The position numbers and the translations under genes are program-made. DNA of 64,000 nucleotides from Lama glama (taxonomy: Eukaryota), in contig CM052821.1 of the NCBI GenBank assembly GCA_028534125.1, forward strand, positions 18,476,001 to 18,540,000, read 5' to 3'. This document shows, in pieces, positions 36,965 to 48,420 of this stretch; the first letter of the stretch is position 1, and every line of letters starts with the position of its first letter. Under the pieces are notes generated by a model that was not told where the DNA came from, did not search any database, and saw only the letters and a list, made by a program, of their open reading frames with translations.

Positions 36965-37372
36965 ATTCATCTGGGAACACACTTCTTAAGATGGTTCATT
37001 CACGTGGCCAGTGGGTCGATATTGGCTGTTGGCTGGGAGCTCAGCTGAGGCTGAGGGACAGAATCTTTGATTTCTCTCCAAGTGGACCTCTCTATGTGGC
37101 CTGGGATTCCTCACAGCATGATAGCTGGGTTACCAGGGTGAGCATCCCAGAGGGGACAGGCAAAGTGATATCACTTTTCACAACCTAGCCTCAGATGTCA
37201 CACATGTTAGTTCTACCATATTCTATTAGTGAAAGCTAGAAAAAAAGCCAACCCAGTTTCAAGGGGGCAGGACATAGATGCCACCTCTCAATGGGGAGTG
37301 GCAAGGTTCTGGAAAAGTGTTATGGAACAGGAAATATTCTTATATTCATTTTTATAAAATACAATCAACCAT
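36965..37372 (-). mobile_element. MaLR LTR (MLT1F/G-like)
   Basis: GGCTGTTGGCTGGGAGCTCAGCTG; TTCCTCACAGCATG; ACCTAGCCTCAGATGTCACAC; AAAATACAATCAACCA. Confidence 0.8.
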
Positions 37373-37394
37373 AAAGTGGATTCCTAGAAATTCA

Positions 37395-38165
37395 TACTGG
37401 ATCCTTTCTGTCTCTCATTTCCACATGCAAAGCATCAGCAAGTCTTAATAGGCATGAGGGCAAAATACATTTCAAAACTAATTTGATCTCACATCTACTG
37501 CTGCCACCTGAGTCCGAGCCAACATGTTTCTCTCCCTGACTACAGCAGAGCCTCCTGAGAAGTATCCTCACTTCCAATTTAGCCCTACATAATCTATCAT
37601 TTATACTGGAACCAGTGAAACTTTAAAAAATGTAAATATGATCAGGTCACACTGCTCATCCTAAAACCATCTGATGGCTTCCTATCTTCCTTAGAGTAAA
37701 AGCCTAATCTCTCATGGTGGCCTACAAGACCCTCCATATTCTGACCCCTGTTTCTCCCTCTCATTTCACCTTTGGCCTTCTCTCCATCACAAGCACACTG
37801 AACTTCTTCCCCTAACTCTAATACCTGGGGGTGTTTTTGTTTTGTATTGTTTTTCATTTCAGGGCCTTCTGTTCCCAAATCTCTTCATACTCGCTCTATC
37901 CTATTATTCACACCTCTGCTCAAATATCACCTCCCAGAGCATCCAATATAAATGAGCAATTCCTGTCCCTTAACCTGGCTTTATTTTTCTTATCCTACAA
38001 ATAACTATTTGAGATTGTTACTTTTATATTTGATTCCTTGTTCATGGTCTGCTCCTCCCTCTAGAATATAAGGACTTTGTAGAAAGGGCTTTGGATTTTG
38101 TTTACTGCTTTTACTAATAGCGCTTAGATCCAATCAATAAATAGCTAAACTGAATACTGAATAAA
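37395..38165 (+). mobile_element. L2 3' region
   Basis: TGATGGCTTCCTATCTTCCTTAGAGTAAAAGCC; CTAGAATATAAG...CAATAAATAG tail. Confidence 0.8.
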
Positions 38166-40049
38166 GATTTACTTTTTAAAAAAAGGAAAACAAATAAAGA
38201 GACCCATTATGACCTTTCTGAATGGCAGTGGCATAAACTAAGTTCTGCATTCACTATAATGAAACATGTTTGTGCTCCTTAGTAGTTAAGGACAATCCTT
38301 TTCTAGTATTCTGTGTTTTTATAGACTAGTTTGGGGATGGGTGGTTGTTCTAGTGTGTACACTTAAGGAGGTTTCAGCTTGATGCTGGCTGTTTGCATTG
38401 CTGGGGTTCAGTCATGTCTATGCATGTTTGGTGAGTTGGTGGTGAGGACTCAGAGAGTTGAATTCTAATGAAGTTTTTGGTTTTGAATGGTTGACAATAA
38501 AGGGGACTGTGGTTGTGGTGAGTGGGGGAGGTAGGGAGTGGGGACAGGAAGGGAATCTAAGGGTAGTGATGGTTAAATGAACATGCTGTCACTCTTCTGG
38601 GTTTCTCAGCACAATCAAACATGCTTCCTACATTTGGAAAACTCCCCATCTTCTTGGCAGGTAGGACACTGGGCCCCAATATACACGTCCACCTGAGCAA
38701 GGTTTTGAATCATTGCAGAAAAACAAGTGCCACCTGGAGCCCACTCTGGCAAGAAAGGCAGCAAGTATATCCGATTTCCAAAAGAAGGGGTGGCTGAGGT
38801 CACACACCAGCCAAGACCCAGTACCAGCAGTGAGTCTGTGCCCAGCAGAGGCAACAGAGCAGTTTGTAGCAATTCTTTAGGCATTGATCCTGACCCAGGA
38901 GCTTCCCGGCCTGTGGTTTCTGGCCTCCTGGGAAATTCATTAATAAATTCCTTTTCTGCTCACACCACATTTCAATTAGTTGCAACTGAGAACTCTGACA
39001 GGGACAAGTAGGATGTTTATTTCCAGTCTAACCCAGGGTCTGGGCATGACACCTCTGGACAAAGGAGATGAAAGCCAAAATGGCAGAAATTAGTAAGAAA
39101 TCCTGTAAGACTCAGAGTCTGAACAGCAGGGCTTTGTTCCCCAGGTGACAAAATTCTAAGTAGAGCAGGAAAATGAACTCTCGCCCACTTTCCCTTGGAA
39201 CACAGAAGAATCCTGGCACCAGGGAGACTCTAGAGGAACTGCCTTCAACTTTTAGAAGTTCAAATTCTTCTTTGATGAAATCCAACACAGAAACAAACCC
39301 CTTATGAACCAGATAAAAGTAGACTGCTTCGGTTGAAGTGGGACTCGGTGCTCTTCCCGTGTTCACTGGGGGGGCCCTCACAAATCCCTATGCCCACTTT
39401 GAAAGCAATCTCCAGGACTCAATGGTGGTGTCTGGCAGGAGACTCACAGAGCCTGTGATACCCAAGAGACCATGGAAAATCTGAGATGACACCTGGCAGA
39501 CGCAAGTCAGAAAGACAGCAGTCTGGGTGAGCAGATTTATTTCTGGGTTCATCAGCTGAGGGTTCCCATAGTCTGGTAGGGAACCCACCAGGCCTTGTTT
39601 CAGGGACTCAGGCCTTGCTTCAGGACATGGGGACAATTAACCAGAGGAATTTGAACATTACATAATGAATGTCTTTTCTAACACAATCTGGTAAAACCTG
39701 GGGAGATTTTGGTCACAAAGCTGTTTACTCAACTATACCTCATCAGTGGTACATTATGCAAATTCAAGTTATTTAACTTCCCTTTAAACCTTAGTAAACT
39801 TCATTATTAATTTCTGCTGTAAACTCAATTTTGGGAGAAAGGAATTTAAGTTGCTCAAGTAGGTCTCTGCCTGCATCTCTAAGTACTTTTCCTACTCACT
39901 CACCTACCCCACTGATGGACCTCTGAACACTTCTCAGAGAGTCCAGGGTATCTCCTAGCACAAGGTTCTCCTGATGCAATCTTTGCCCACTGGATTAGAT
40001 TCCCTTACATCACCTTAGCTGCCTTTGTTAACCAAATCCCTATGGGTAT

Positions 40050-40220
40050 TAGAGTGGAAAGCACGTGAATGTGAGATAAATCTGGGGTTCAAATCCTTAC
40101 TAGCAAAGGAATTTTCAGAGAGTTGTTTAAGCTCTCTGAGCATCCAAATAGAGAAAATACTAACCCTGCTATGAGATAAGGTATTTAAAGTAACAAGCAG
40201 GAAGCCTTGAACCTAGATGT
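40050..40220 (+). mobile_element. MIR fragment
   Basis: CTGGGGTTCAAATCC...TTTAAGCTCTCTGAGC. Confidence 0.55.
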
Positions 40221-40778
40221 TATCCCAAAACACTATCCACTTCTGTGAGGACATTTACTTCCTTAGGATCACAGTTATCTTGAGAAGTTTGGCACTTCTC
40301 ACTGCCTGTGGTCTCCGAGTCTGATAGGCAGGACCAGGTGATACGAGATCCTAGAGACTTAAAAGACTTATTTATTTCCTGTCTTTGTGTCACATTTTGA
40401 TAATTCCCACAATATTTCAAACTTTTTCATTATTATTTTATTTGTTATGGTGATCCGTGATCAGTGATTTTTTATGTTAGTTACTATTGTCATTGTTGTG
40501 GGGGGCCATGAACCATGCTCATATAAGACAGCAGACAACTGATAAATGTTGTGTGTGTTCTGCCTGTCTCTCTCCCCCTCCTCAGGCCTCTGTATTCCCT
40601 GAGACACAACAGTCCTGAAATTAGGCCAATTAAAAACCCTACAATGGCCTCTGAGTGTTCAAGAGAAAGGAAGAGTTGTATACCTCTCAATTTACATTAA
40701 AAGCTGGAAATAACTAAGCTTAATGAGGAATGCATGTCAAAAGCCAAGAGAGGCTGAAAGCTAAGCCTCTTGTGCAAA

Positions 40779-40911
40779 NNNNNNNNNNNNNNNNNNNNNN
40801 NNNNNNNNNNNNNNNNNNNNNNNNNNNNNNNNNNNNNNNNNNNNNNNNNNNNNNNNNNNNNNNNNNNNNNNNNNNNNNNNNNNNNNNNNNNNNNNNNNNN
40901 NNNNNNNNNNN
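40779..40911. other. N-run (133 nt)
   Basis: Directly visible, inside Tigger1. Confidence 1.
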
Positions 40912-41672
40912 GAGAACAAACCAGCCGCAATACTTCCTAAGCCAAAGCCTAACTCTCTTCAACTCTATGAAGGCTGAGAGAAGTGAGGAAGCTGCAGTAG
41001 AAAATTCTGAAGCTAGCAGAGGCTGGTTCATAAAGGAAGGAAGCTGTCTCCATAACAGAGGAAGGTGGTTACACTAAACATATTTTCATTAGAGACAAAA
41101 CAGCCTTCTATTAGAAGATGCCATCGTCATAGCCAGAGGGGAAAAGTTAATGCCTGGTTTCGTATCACCAAAGGACAGGCTGACTCTCTGGTTTAAGGGC
41201 CAATGTAGCTGGTGATTTTAAATTGAAGCTGGTGTTCATTTACCATTCTGAAAACCACAGAGTTCTTAAGAGTTATGCTAAATCTCCTCTGCCTGTGCTC
41301 TACATAGAACAACAAAGGCTGGATGACAACACATCTGTTTACAGCATGGTTTACTGAATATTTTAAGCCCGCTGTTGAGATCTATTGCTCTGGAGAAAAA
41401 TATTTCTTTCAAAGTATGATTGCTCATTGACAATGAATGTGGTCACCCAAGGGCTCTAGCAGAGATGCCCAAGCATTAGACTAACGCTGTTTTCATGCCT
41501 GTTAATACAACGTCCATTCTGCAGCCCATGCATCAAGCAGTTAATGTCAACTTTCAAGTCTTATTATTTAAGAAATACATTTTGTAAGGCTATAGCTGCA
41601 AGAGACAGTAATCCCTCTGATAGATCTTGGCAAAGAAAACCGAAAATTTTCTGGCAAGGACTCAATCCTAGA

Positions 41673-41972
41673 NNNNNNNNNNNNNNNNNNNNNNNNNNNN
41701 NNNNNNNNNNNNNNNNNNNNNNNNNNNNNNNNNNNNNNNNNNNNNNNNNNNNNNNNNNNNNNNNNNNNNNNNNNNNNNNNNNNNNNNNNNNNNNNNNNNN
41801 NNNNNNNNNNNNNNNNNNNNNNNNNNNNNNNNNNNNNNNNNNNNNNNNNNNNNNNNNNNNNNNNNNNNNNNNNNNNNNNNNNNNNNNNNNNNNNNNNNNN
41901 NNNNNNNNNNNNNNNNNNNNNNNNNNNNNNNNNNNNNNNNNNNNNNNNNNNNNNNNNNNNNNNNNNNNNNNN
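41673..41972. other. N-run (300 nt)
   Basis: Directly visible, inside Tigger1. Confidence 1.
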
Positions 41973-42282
41973 GAAGACTGTTGAAATAACAACAAAGGAT
42001 TTAATATACTACATAAACTTGGTTGATAAAGCAATGGCAGGTTTTTGAGAGGACTGATTCCAATTTTAAAAGAAGTTGTACTGTGGGTAAAACGTTATCA
42101 AACATCATTGCATGCTGCAGAGAAATTGTTTGTGAAACAAAGAGTCATTTGATTCAGCAAACTTCATTGCTCTCTTGAAACTGCCACAGCCACCCCACCG
42201 TTCAGCAACCATCACTCTGATCAGTCAGCAGCCATCAACATCGAAGCAAGACTCCACTAGCAAAAAGATCAGGACATGTTGA

Positions 42283-42460
42283 NNNNNNNNNNNNNNNNNN
42301 NNNNNNNNNNNNNNNNNNNNNNNNNNNNNNNNNNNNNNNNNNNNNNNNNNNNNNNNNNNNNNNNNNNNNNNNNNNNNNNNNNNNNNNNNNNNNNNNNNNN
42401 NNNNNNNNNNNNNNNNNNNNNNNNNNNNNNNNNNNNNNNNNNNNNNNNNNNNNNNNNNNN
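42283..42460. other. N-run (178 nt)
   Basis: Directly visible, inside Tigger1. Confidence 1.
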
Positions 42461-42529
42461 CTGAAGCGGTCTGGAACCAAACTTGCAATATCTCTGAGGC
42501 ATGCCTGTATACGGGAAAAATAAGTTCCA

Positions 42530-42825
42530 AAAGCCTACAAACAGTATTACATTATTTTAATACAGCTCAAAATAAGCAAAACTACATGGTTATAAATGTG
42601 TATGTGCTAAAATTATCAATTAAAACAGGCAAGGGAATGATAACAACTTACAGGATAATAGTTGCCTCTTGGGAGGAGGCAGGAGAAAGAAGGCACATAA
42701 TGCAAGTAATACTTTGGTAATAGTGTTATTTTGTTTGGGGGAGGTAAGGTAATGTGTATTTCATTATTACAGTACTATATTCTTTTTGTATACACCAAAT
42801 ACTGCATAATAAAAATATTTAAAAG
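42530..42825 (+). mobile_element. Ancient L1ME-like 3' end
   Basis: GGCAAGGGAATGATAACAACTTACAGGATAATAGTTGCCTCTTGGGAGG...CATAATAAAAA. Confidence 0.65.
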
Positions 42826-44650
42826 GTGACCAATAAAGCTAGAGCATTTAATTGAAATCAGTAGGGAAGAGACAACCCTCTGAAAATGGCACAGATTCTA
42901 TGTCATCTAAGGGAAGGCTGCTTGGATCTGGCCTTTCACTTTCAGGTGTTGGACACCTGCTCCTCACTAGCTATGAAGAGATTTACTCGTGCTCACTAAA
43001 ATATACATAAGCCAGAGGAAGACATCAGAGTGTCGATGTGTACATTTATAATGAGAAGCACCACTCTCACATCCTGGACATACTCATCTAGCATGATTAG
43101 CACATCCTTTACTTGCAGCCAAACTGCAAAGTAAGTCAAATTATAATCAGAACCCTCATTACTGACTTTTCACAAGAATTCTTAGTCAGAAGAGTGGGCC
43201 TACTGGTTTTAGCAACACATCATACAACAGTGAAAATAAACTGCAGCTTCAGGGAACAACATGGGTATATCTTAGAAATACGAGTGATACAAAAAGCTAT
43301 AGTTTCACCTTCTCATCTATGTAGACACACCTGAATGAGAATCGTGAGCATGGAGCAAATTAAAGGCTGAGGCAATGTGATAATAAAACACAGCAAAGCC
43401 TCAGCTTCCCTTGTCTTCAGTAGAGTTCAACACAGCACAGCACACGTGATGTCCAGGACAGGCACCATTAGTTGATGAGGGACTTTTTTTCCCAGGAACT
43501 GCTTCATATCCCTTCTCAAAGCACTCCAGATAGCCACTATTAATTGGGTTGGTACATGAACTAAAAGCTATTGTTTGTAAACATGGCCTACCAGCTAAAA
43601 TAAAAAATACTTACACTATTATAAAAGGCCTATATTCTGGCCACAAACTATCCTCTTTTGGCTCCATTTGGAGTAGTGTTCTCGCTGCCCTCCCAAAATG
43701 TTCTGTAATATTCTCACGTGTTCATCCATGCTAACTCAAATGCCTCCTACATGCTCACACACACCAACCTGGAAAGGTCTTTCTTTCCTCTCTGTTCTGC
43801 TTAAATGCAGCCTCTTCTGTAAAGCTTCCCCCACCATCCCTGTCAGAACTACTGTTTCCCTCTACTAAAGGCCTGGTATTTACAAGTTTTTTGCATTCAC
43901 TTCCTGGCATGGGTGGTGGCTGTATTTTCAAGTATTTCTGTGTTATAATCGATGTGGCTTTTAACTTCTTTGGATTCTCTACAAAACTAGCGTAGCTTCT
44001 CACATTCTTTTTCTTTCCCCTGCACTTGATACCCAACCTAAAACATGAAAAAAAATTAACCTCTTTAATTATAAAAATGTCCCTTTTGCTCTAAAAAGAG
44101 AAGAAATAAGTGAGAAAAAAAGTAGAACATTTCAGAGGATGTATGTTCTAATTGTATTTGTACTGAATTTTTCATTAGTAAATTGGTGGGGGTGTTTGAT
44201 GGTGGAAGTATGGTGAATATCAAATCTACCAAAGCAAGCAAAATGGGGCAAATCTCAAAAAAATGTGTATGATTTCCTTATTTTCTCTCCTGTATATAAT
44301 GAATTTTGAGTGAAAATATCAGGATAATAAATTGGGTAAGAGAAGTTACTTATATTTTTTTGAATTTACAAATACTTATTATCTTTTTAATACTTGCTAC
44401 TGAAAATTCCAAAAAATACAGAAAAGAAAACAAACAAACAAACAAACAGGGGTTCTCAGAAACCTCACCACCCAAAGATAACTACAGTTTGTCATATATA
44501 TCCTTTTACTCATTTCTAAATGCATACATGTATCTGAAATATATTCTCTTTTACATAATAGGGTCATATTTATACACAACTTGCTTTTCTACCCAGGAAT
44601 CCACAAGTATCACTATGTATCATCCCTTCTACCACTACACTGTACTACGT

Positions 44651-45090
44651 TGTATGCAGATTTGTTTTCAAGTAACAGAACCCAAATATGAGTGGACTTT
44701 AACAAAAGAAGAGGTGAATCAGACTGTGGAATCCAAGGGGAGGCTAAATAATTCAGTAAAGGGCAAGGATGCAGTGGAATCTCAGGAAAAAAAATTAGAA
44801 CCAGGGGCTCAAACAACATTAAGATTTCTGTTCTCCTGATCAGCTTTCTTTCTGGGTCTATTTCATGTTCTTTCACTGCAGTATGGCTTTCTCTACATAG
44901 CAGGAAACACTGCTCTGTATTGACTATAATTTTAGAGTACAATGTTCAAAATCTCAGGGAAGGGGCTCATTTAATTTCCACCCCTGTGCCAATCAGCTAT
45001 TAGAATATAGGAACTCCCAAGTAGTCATGTGAATGGACAAAGGCAGGTCCTATGAGACCGAGCCACTGAACAGATATGATTACAGATATT
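44651..45090 (-). mobile_element. MaLR LTR (MLT1J-like, degenerate)
   Basis: TTTTCAAGTAACAGAACCCAA...CCACCCCTGTGCCAATCAGCT. Confidence 0.5.
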
Positions 45091-45254
45091 TACCATAGTT
45101 CATTTAATCAATATCCTATTAATGGATATAGAAGTTTACAATTTTAATTGCTATAAATGCTCAATAAATATTTTAAGCTACTATAAACATTCTTATAAAT
45201 TTAACTTTAAGCATTTATCTAATAATATATATTATACTCTTAAATTGAATTTGT

Positions 45255-46800
45255 TCAGTTTATTCATTCATTCAGTAATTTTTTTTTTTTTTTTACTATC
45301 TACTATGCACTAGGCTCTACTCTAGGCACTAGGGAAACAGCAGTAAACAAAACAGAAAAATCTCCACCTTTGTGGAGCTGACATCCTAGTAGGGGAAGAC
45401 AGACAATAAATAAAGTAAAATGTTTTGGGGATAGGGTAAAAATGGCTATTTTTAAATAGAGTGGTGAGGGAAGACAGCATTACAAAGAGACATTTAACCA
45501 GTGACCTGAAGGAGACGAGGGAGATCCATATGACTGACTGAAGAGAACTCATTCCAGGCAGAGGAAACTTCAAGTGCAAAGCCCTGGGGTTAGAAGATGC
45601 TTGGCCTGTTCATGAAAGAACAGGCTATTATGGATGGCCTAGAGGCAAGGCGGCAGAGAAAAGGTAGAAAGGTGACAGGAGGCCAGACCATGGAGCCCTT
45701 TCAGGCCACTACAAGGCCTTTGGCTATTGCTATGGGTAGTGAGACAGCCGCTAGTAGGTTTGAGCAGGGAACTAAAATGATCTAAGCAGGTGCTACTCAA
45801 AGCGGGGTCCATGGGTCTATACCATTTGTAAGCAGTTTGTTACAGGTTCGTGACAACCCAAGAACAGAAATTAAGAATATGCATATAGAATTCATTATAG
45901 AAATGTTCTTATGATTCATCTCATCATTGAAATGTAATTTTATACTTGTTGAATCAGATAATAAAAATGACATGTTTTCCATTTTTTCTAGTAATTTCTA
46001 GTAATTTATTTTGTACTGTATTTTACAAAGGCATCAATCCATGATGGAATGAAAATTTTTAAAATACTTCTTCATCACAGATAGTTGAGAAAAGTACTGC
46101 CTTAACCTGCATTTTAAAGGACTGCTCTGGCTTGCCTTGTTGAGAACAAGCAGGGACAGGCGTAAGGAGAACAGTTAAGAATCTTTTTAAAGAGAGTTTC
46201 GGTGGATTGGACCAGGATAATAGGAAAATATGTTGTTGCTTTTTACACACACACACAAAAAGGTGGGCAAGTTCTGTGTATCTTTTTAAACCAGCTTTCA
46301 GGATTTGTTCAGGCAGTGGACATGGTAAATGAGAGTCAAACCTTCCCCTGAGCAAATGGGGAAGGCCAGGAGAGAAGCAAGGTGGAAGAATTCTGTTTTG
46401 AATATGGTGATCTGACATACAAATAGACTCCCATGAATTTAGGGGAGATTCAAATATATGGAGATTTGGAGACTGGGGAAACAGAGAGGATCCAGAAGAG
46501 GAGTCTGGGGTGGTCACTGAGGTAGGAGGAAAACCAGGAGGATGATGTCTTGTAGAAGCAAGGAGTAAACACTTGTGTTAGATGCTTCTGATAGATAAAT
46601 AGGATGAGGTTGGAGAGATGACCATTAGATTTGGAGAAATTAGCAGTTATTGGAGACTTTGGCAAAAGCAACTTCTGTGGAGTGGTGGAGGCAAAAGTCT
46701 GGTTAGAACACGTTTCCCTGGGAGGAAAACAACTGGGACAGTGAATACAGATTAACTTCTTCACTAGGTTTTGCTTTCTAGGTGGGCAAAGAATTAGGGA
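45255..46800 (-). mobile_element. L2 (L2a-like) from the 3' end, interrupted by a hAT MITE
   Basis: TTTATTCATTCATTCAG...CTCCACCTTTGTGGAGCTGACATCCTAGT...CATTCCAGGCAGAGGAAAC. Confidence 0.88.
45787..46099. mobile_element. hAT-Charlie MITE (MER5C-like)
   Basis: Ends CAGGTGCTACTCAAAG...CACAGATAGTTGAGAAAAGTACTG; splits otherwise contiguous L2. Confidence 0.7.
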
Positions 46801-47345
46801 TATGGCTATCATCAAAATGATAACAAATAGCAAGTACGGCGAGAATGTGAAGAAAAGGGAACTCTTATGCACTGCTGATGGTAATGCAAATTGGTGCAGC
46901 TACTATGAAAAACAGTACGGAAATTCCTCAAAAAATTAAAAATAGAAGTGTTAATCCATTAATTCTACTTTTGAGTATTTTCCCAAAGAAAACAGAAACA
47001 TTAATTTGAAAAGATATATGCACCCCAATGTTCATAGCAACATTATTTACAATAAGCAAGATATGTAAGCAACTTAAGTGTCCATCAATAAATGACTGAA
47101 TAAAGAGAATGTGGCATATATATACAATGGAATACTACTCAGTCATAAAAAAGAATGAAATCTTGCCATTTTTGATAACATGGATGGGCCTAAAAGGTAT
47201 TATGCCAAGTAAAATAAGCCAAAAACAAATACCATATGATTTCACTTATATGTGAAATCTAAAAGAACAAAACAAATAAACACAGCAAAACAGAAACACA
47301 CTCATTGATACAGAGAATAAACAGGTGGTTGCCAGAGGGGAGGGA
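46800..47345 (+). mobile_element. L1 ORF2 C-terminus and partial 3' UTR (L1MA/artiodactyl-type)
   Basis: GGGAACTCTTATGCACTGCTGATGG; TATATACAATGGAATACTACTCAG; GGTGGTTGCCAGAGGGG. Confidence 0.9.
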
Positions 47346-47467
47346 TGGTTTTCCCAGATGAATAATAAGGGGAGAAAGACAAGAGAGTTGAGTGTGAATG
47401 CTAAGAGATTTTAATAATGGTTCATAGACTACTATCTCAAAGACTGCACACTTTTTTAAAGCCTAAC

Positions 47468-47942
47468 TGTATTAGTTTTCTATCACTGCTTTTACAAATT
47501 ACTACAAATTTAATGATTTAAAACAACATACATGTATTACCTTACAGTTCTGCAGACTAGAAGTCTGACACAGGTCTCACTGGAATGACATCACTCTGTT
47601 AGCAACATTCCAGCCCTTTCTGGAGGCTCTTGAGAAAAATATTTCCTTACCTTTTCCAGCTTCTGTTTTTTTCACCTCCTTCCTCCATCTTCAAAACCAG
47701 CAACAAGAAGTAAAGCCCCTCTAACCTGTTCTACTCGGACCTCTTCTTCTGACTCCATCTTCTACTTTTAAGGAAACTTGTGATGACACTGGGCCCACCT
47801 GGGCAATAATCCCTTCAAGGTCAGCTGATTAGAACCTTAATTACACCTGCAACTGTAATTCCCTTTTGCCCTATAACATACATTCACAGGCTCCAGGCAT
47901 TGCAACGTGGACATCTTTGGGTTTTTTAATTCTGCCTTCCAA
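47468..47942 (-). mobile_element. MaLR LTR (MLT1D-like)
   Basis: TGTATTAGTTTTCTAT...TTACAGTTCTG...CAAGGTCAGCTGATTAG...TAACATACATTCACAGG. Confidence 0.85.
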
Positions 47943-47959
47943 AATACATAATGCCAAGG

Positions 47960-48420
47960 TGTCCTGTAGAAACAACCACTCCCTCCAGCACAGTATGAAG
48001 AGGGCTATTTATGGCTACTTAACTAGCTCTAGGCATTGTTTTTCTTTATTTTGTCAATTTGTCAGTGGACAGTGATATCACATATGGTTTTTATTTGCAC
48101 CTATTTGATTACGAATGAGTCTAAACATCTTTGCTATACATTGATTCTTTTGTGAAGAAAATTTGTGCCCTTTGCAAAAATTTTAAAGGTCTTTTTTGGT
48201 TTGCTTTCAAAGAGTTAAGTGAAATTAACCCTGTGCCTAGTATATACATGCTATAAATGGGGGGGGGGGGGTTCCAGCTCATCAATAGTCTCTTAACTTT
48301 CTTTTCGTTATTACCTAGTCAAATCTGTCAGTTATTTTAGGGGGATTTCTGGCCTTTGTGTTCTGTTTTTTGAAAAATATTCTCCACTATGAGGAAATAA
48401 ACTTTCCCTGGGTTTCTCAG
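47960..48420 (-). mobile_element. Ancient L1 ORF2 relic
   Basis: GGTTTTTATTTGCACCTATTTGATTACGAATGAGTCTAAACATCTTT. Confidence 0.55.

Larger units (their letters stand above)
40372..42507 (+). mobile_element. Tigger1 DNA transposon, near full length, transposase inactivated
   Basis: ATG at 40644 (MASECSRERKS then a premature stop); [19 protein letters not shown] and STFKSYYLRNTFCKAIAA relics; right TIR ...GAGGCATGCCTG followed by TA; left end lost. Confidence 0.95.

Noticed and set aside
40644-42200. Domesticated TIGD1-like transposase gene
   Set aside because: Stop after 18 codons, plus frameshifts and deletions; the long ORFs in the track are artefacts of N-runs
44306-44839. Longest ORF (177 aa)
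   Set aside because: Non-ATG start, spans old L1 and MLT1 fragments, AT-driven composition, no recognisable domain
46059-46872. 152-aa and 140-aa minus-strand ORFs
   Set aside because: Lie within decayed L2 and L1 sequence
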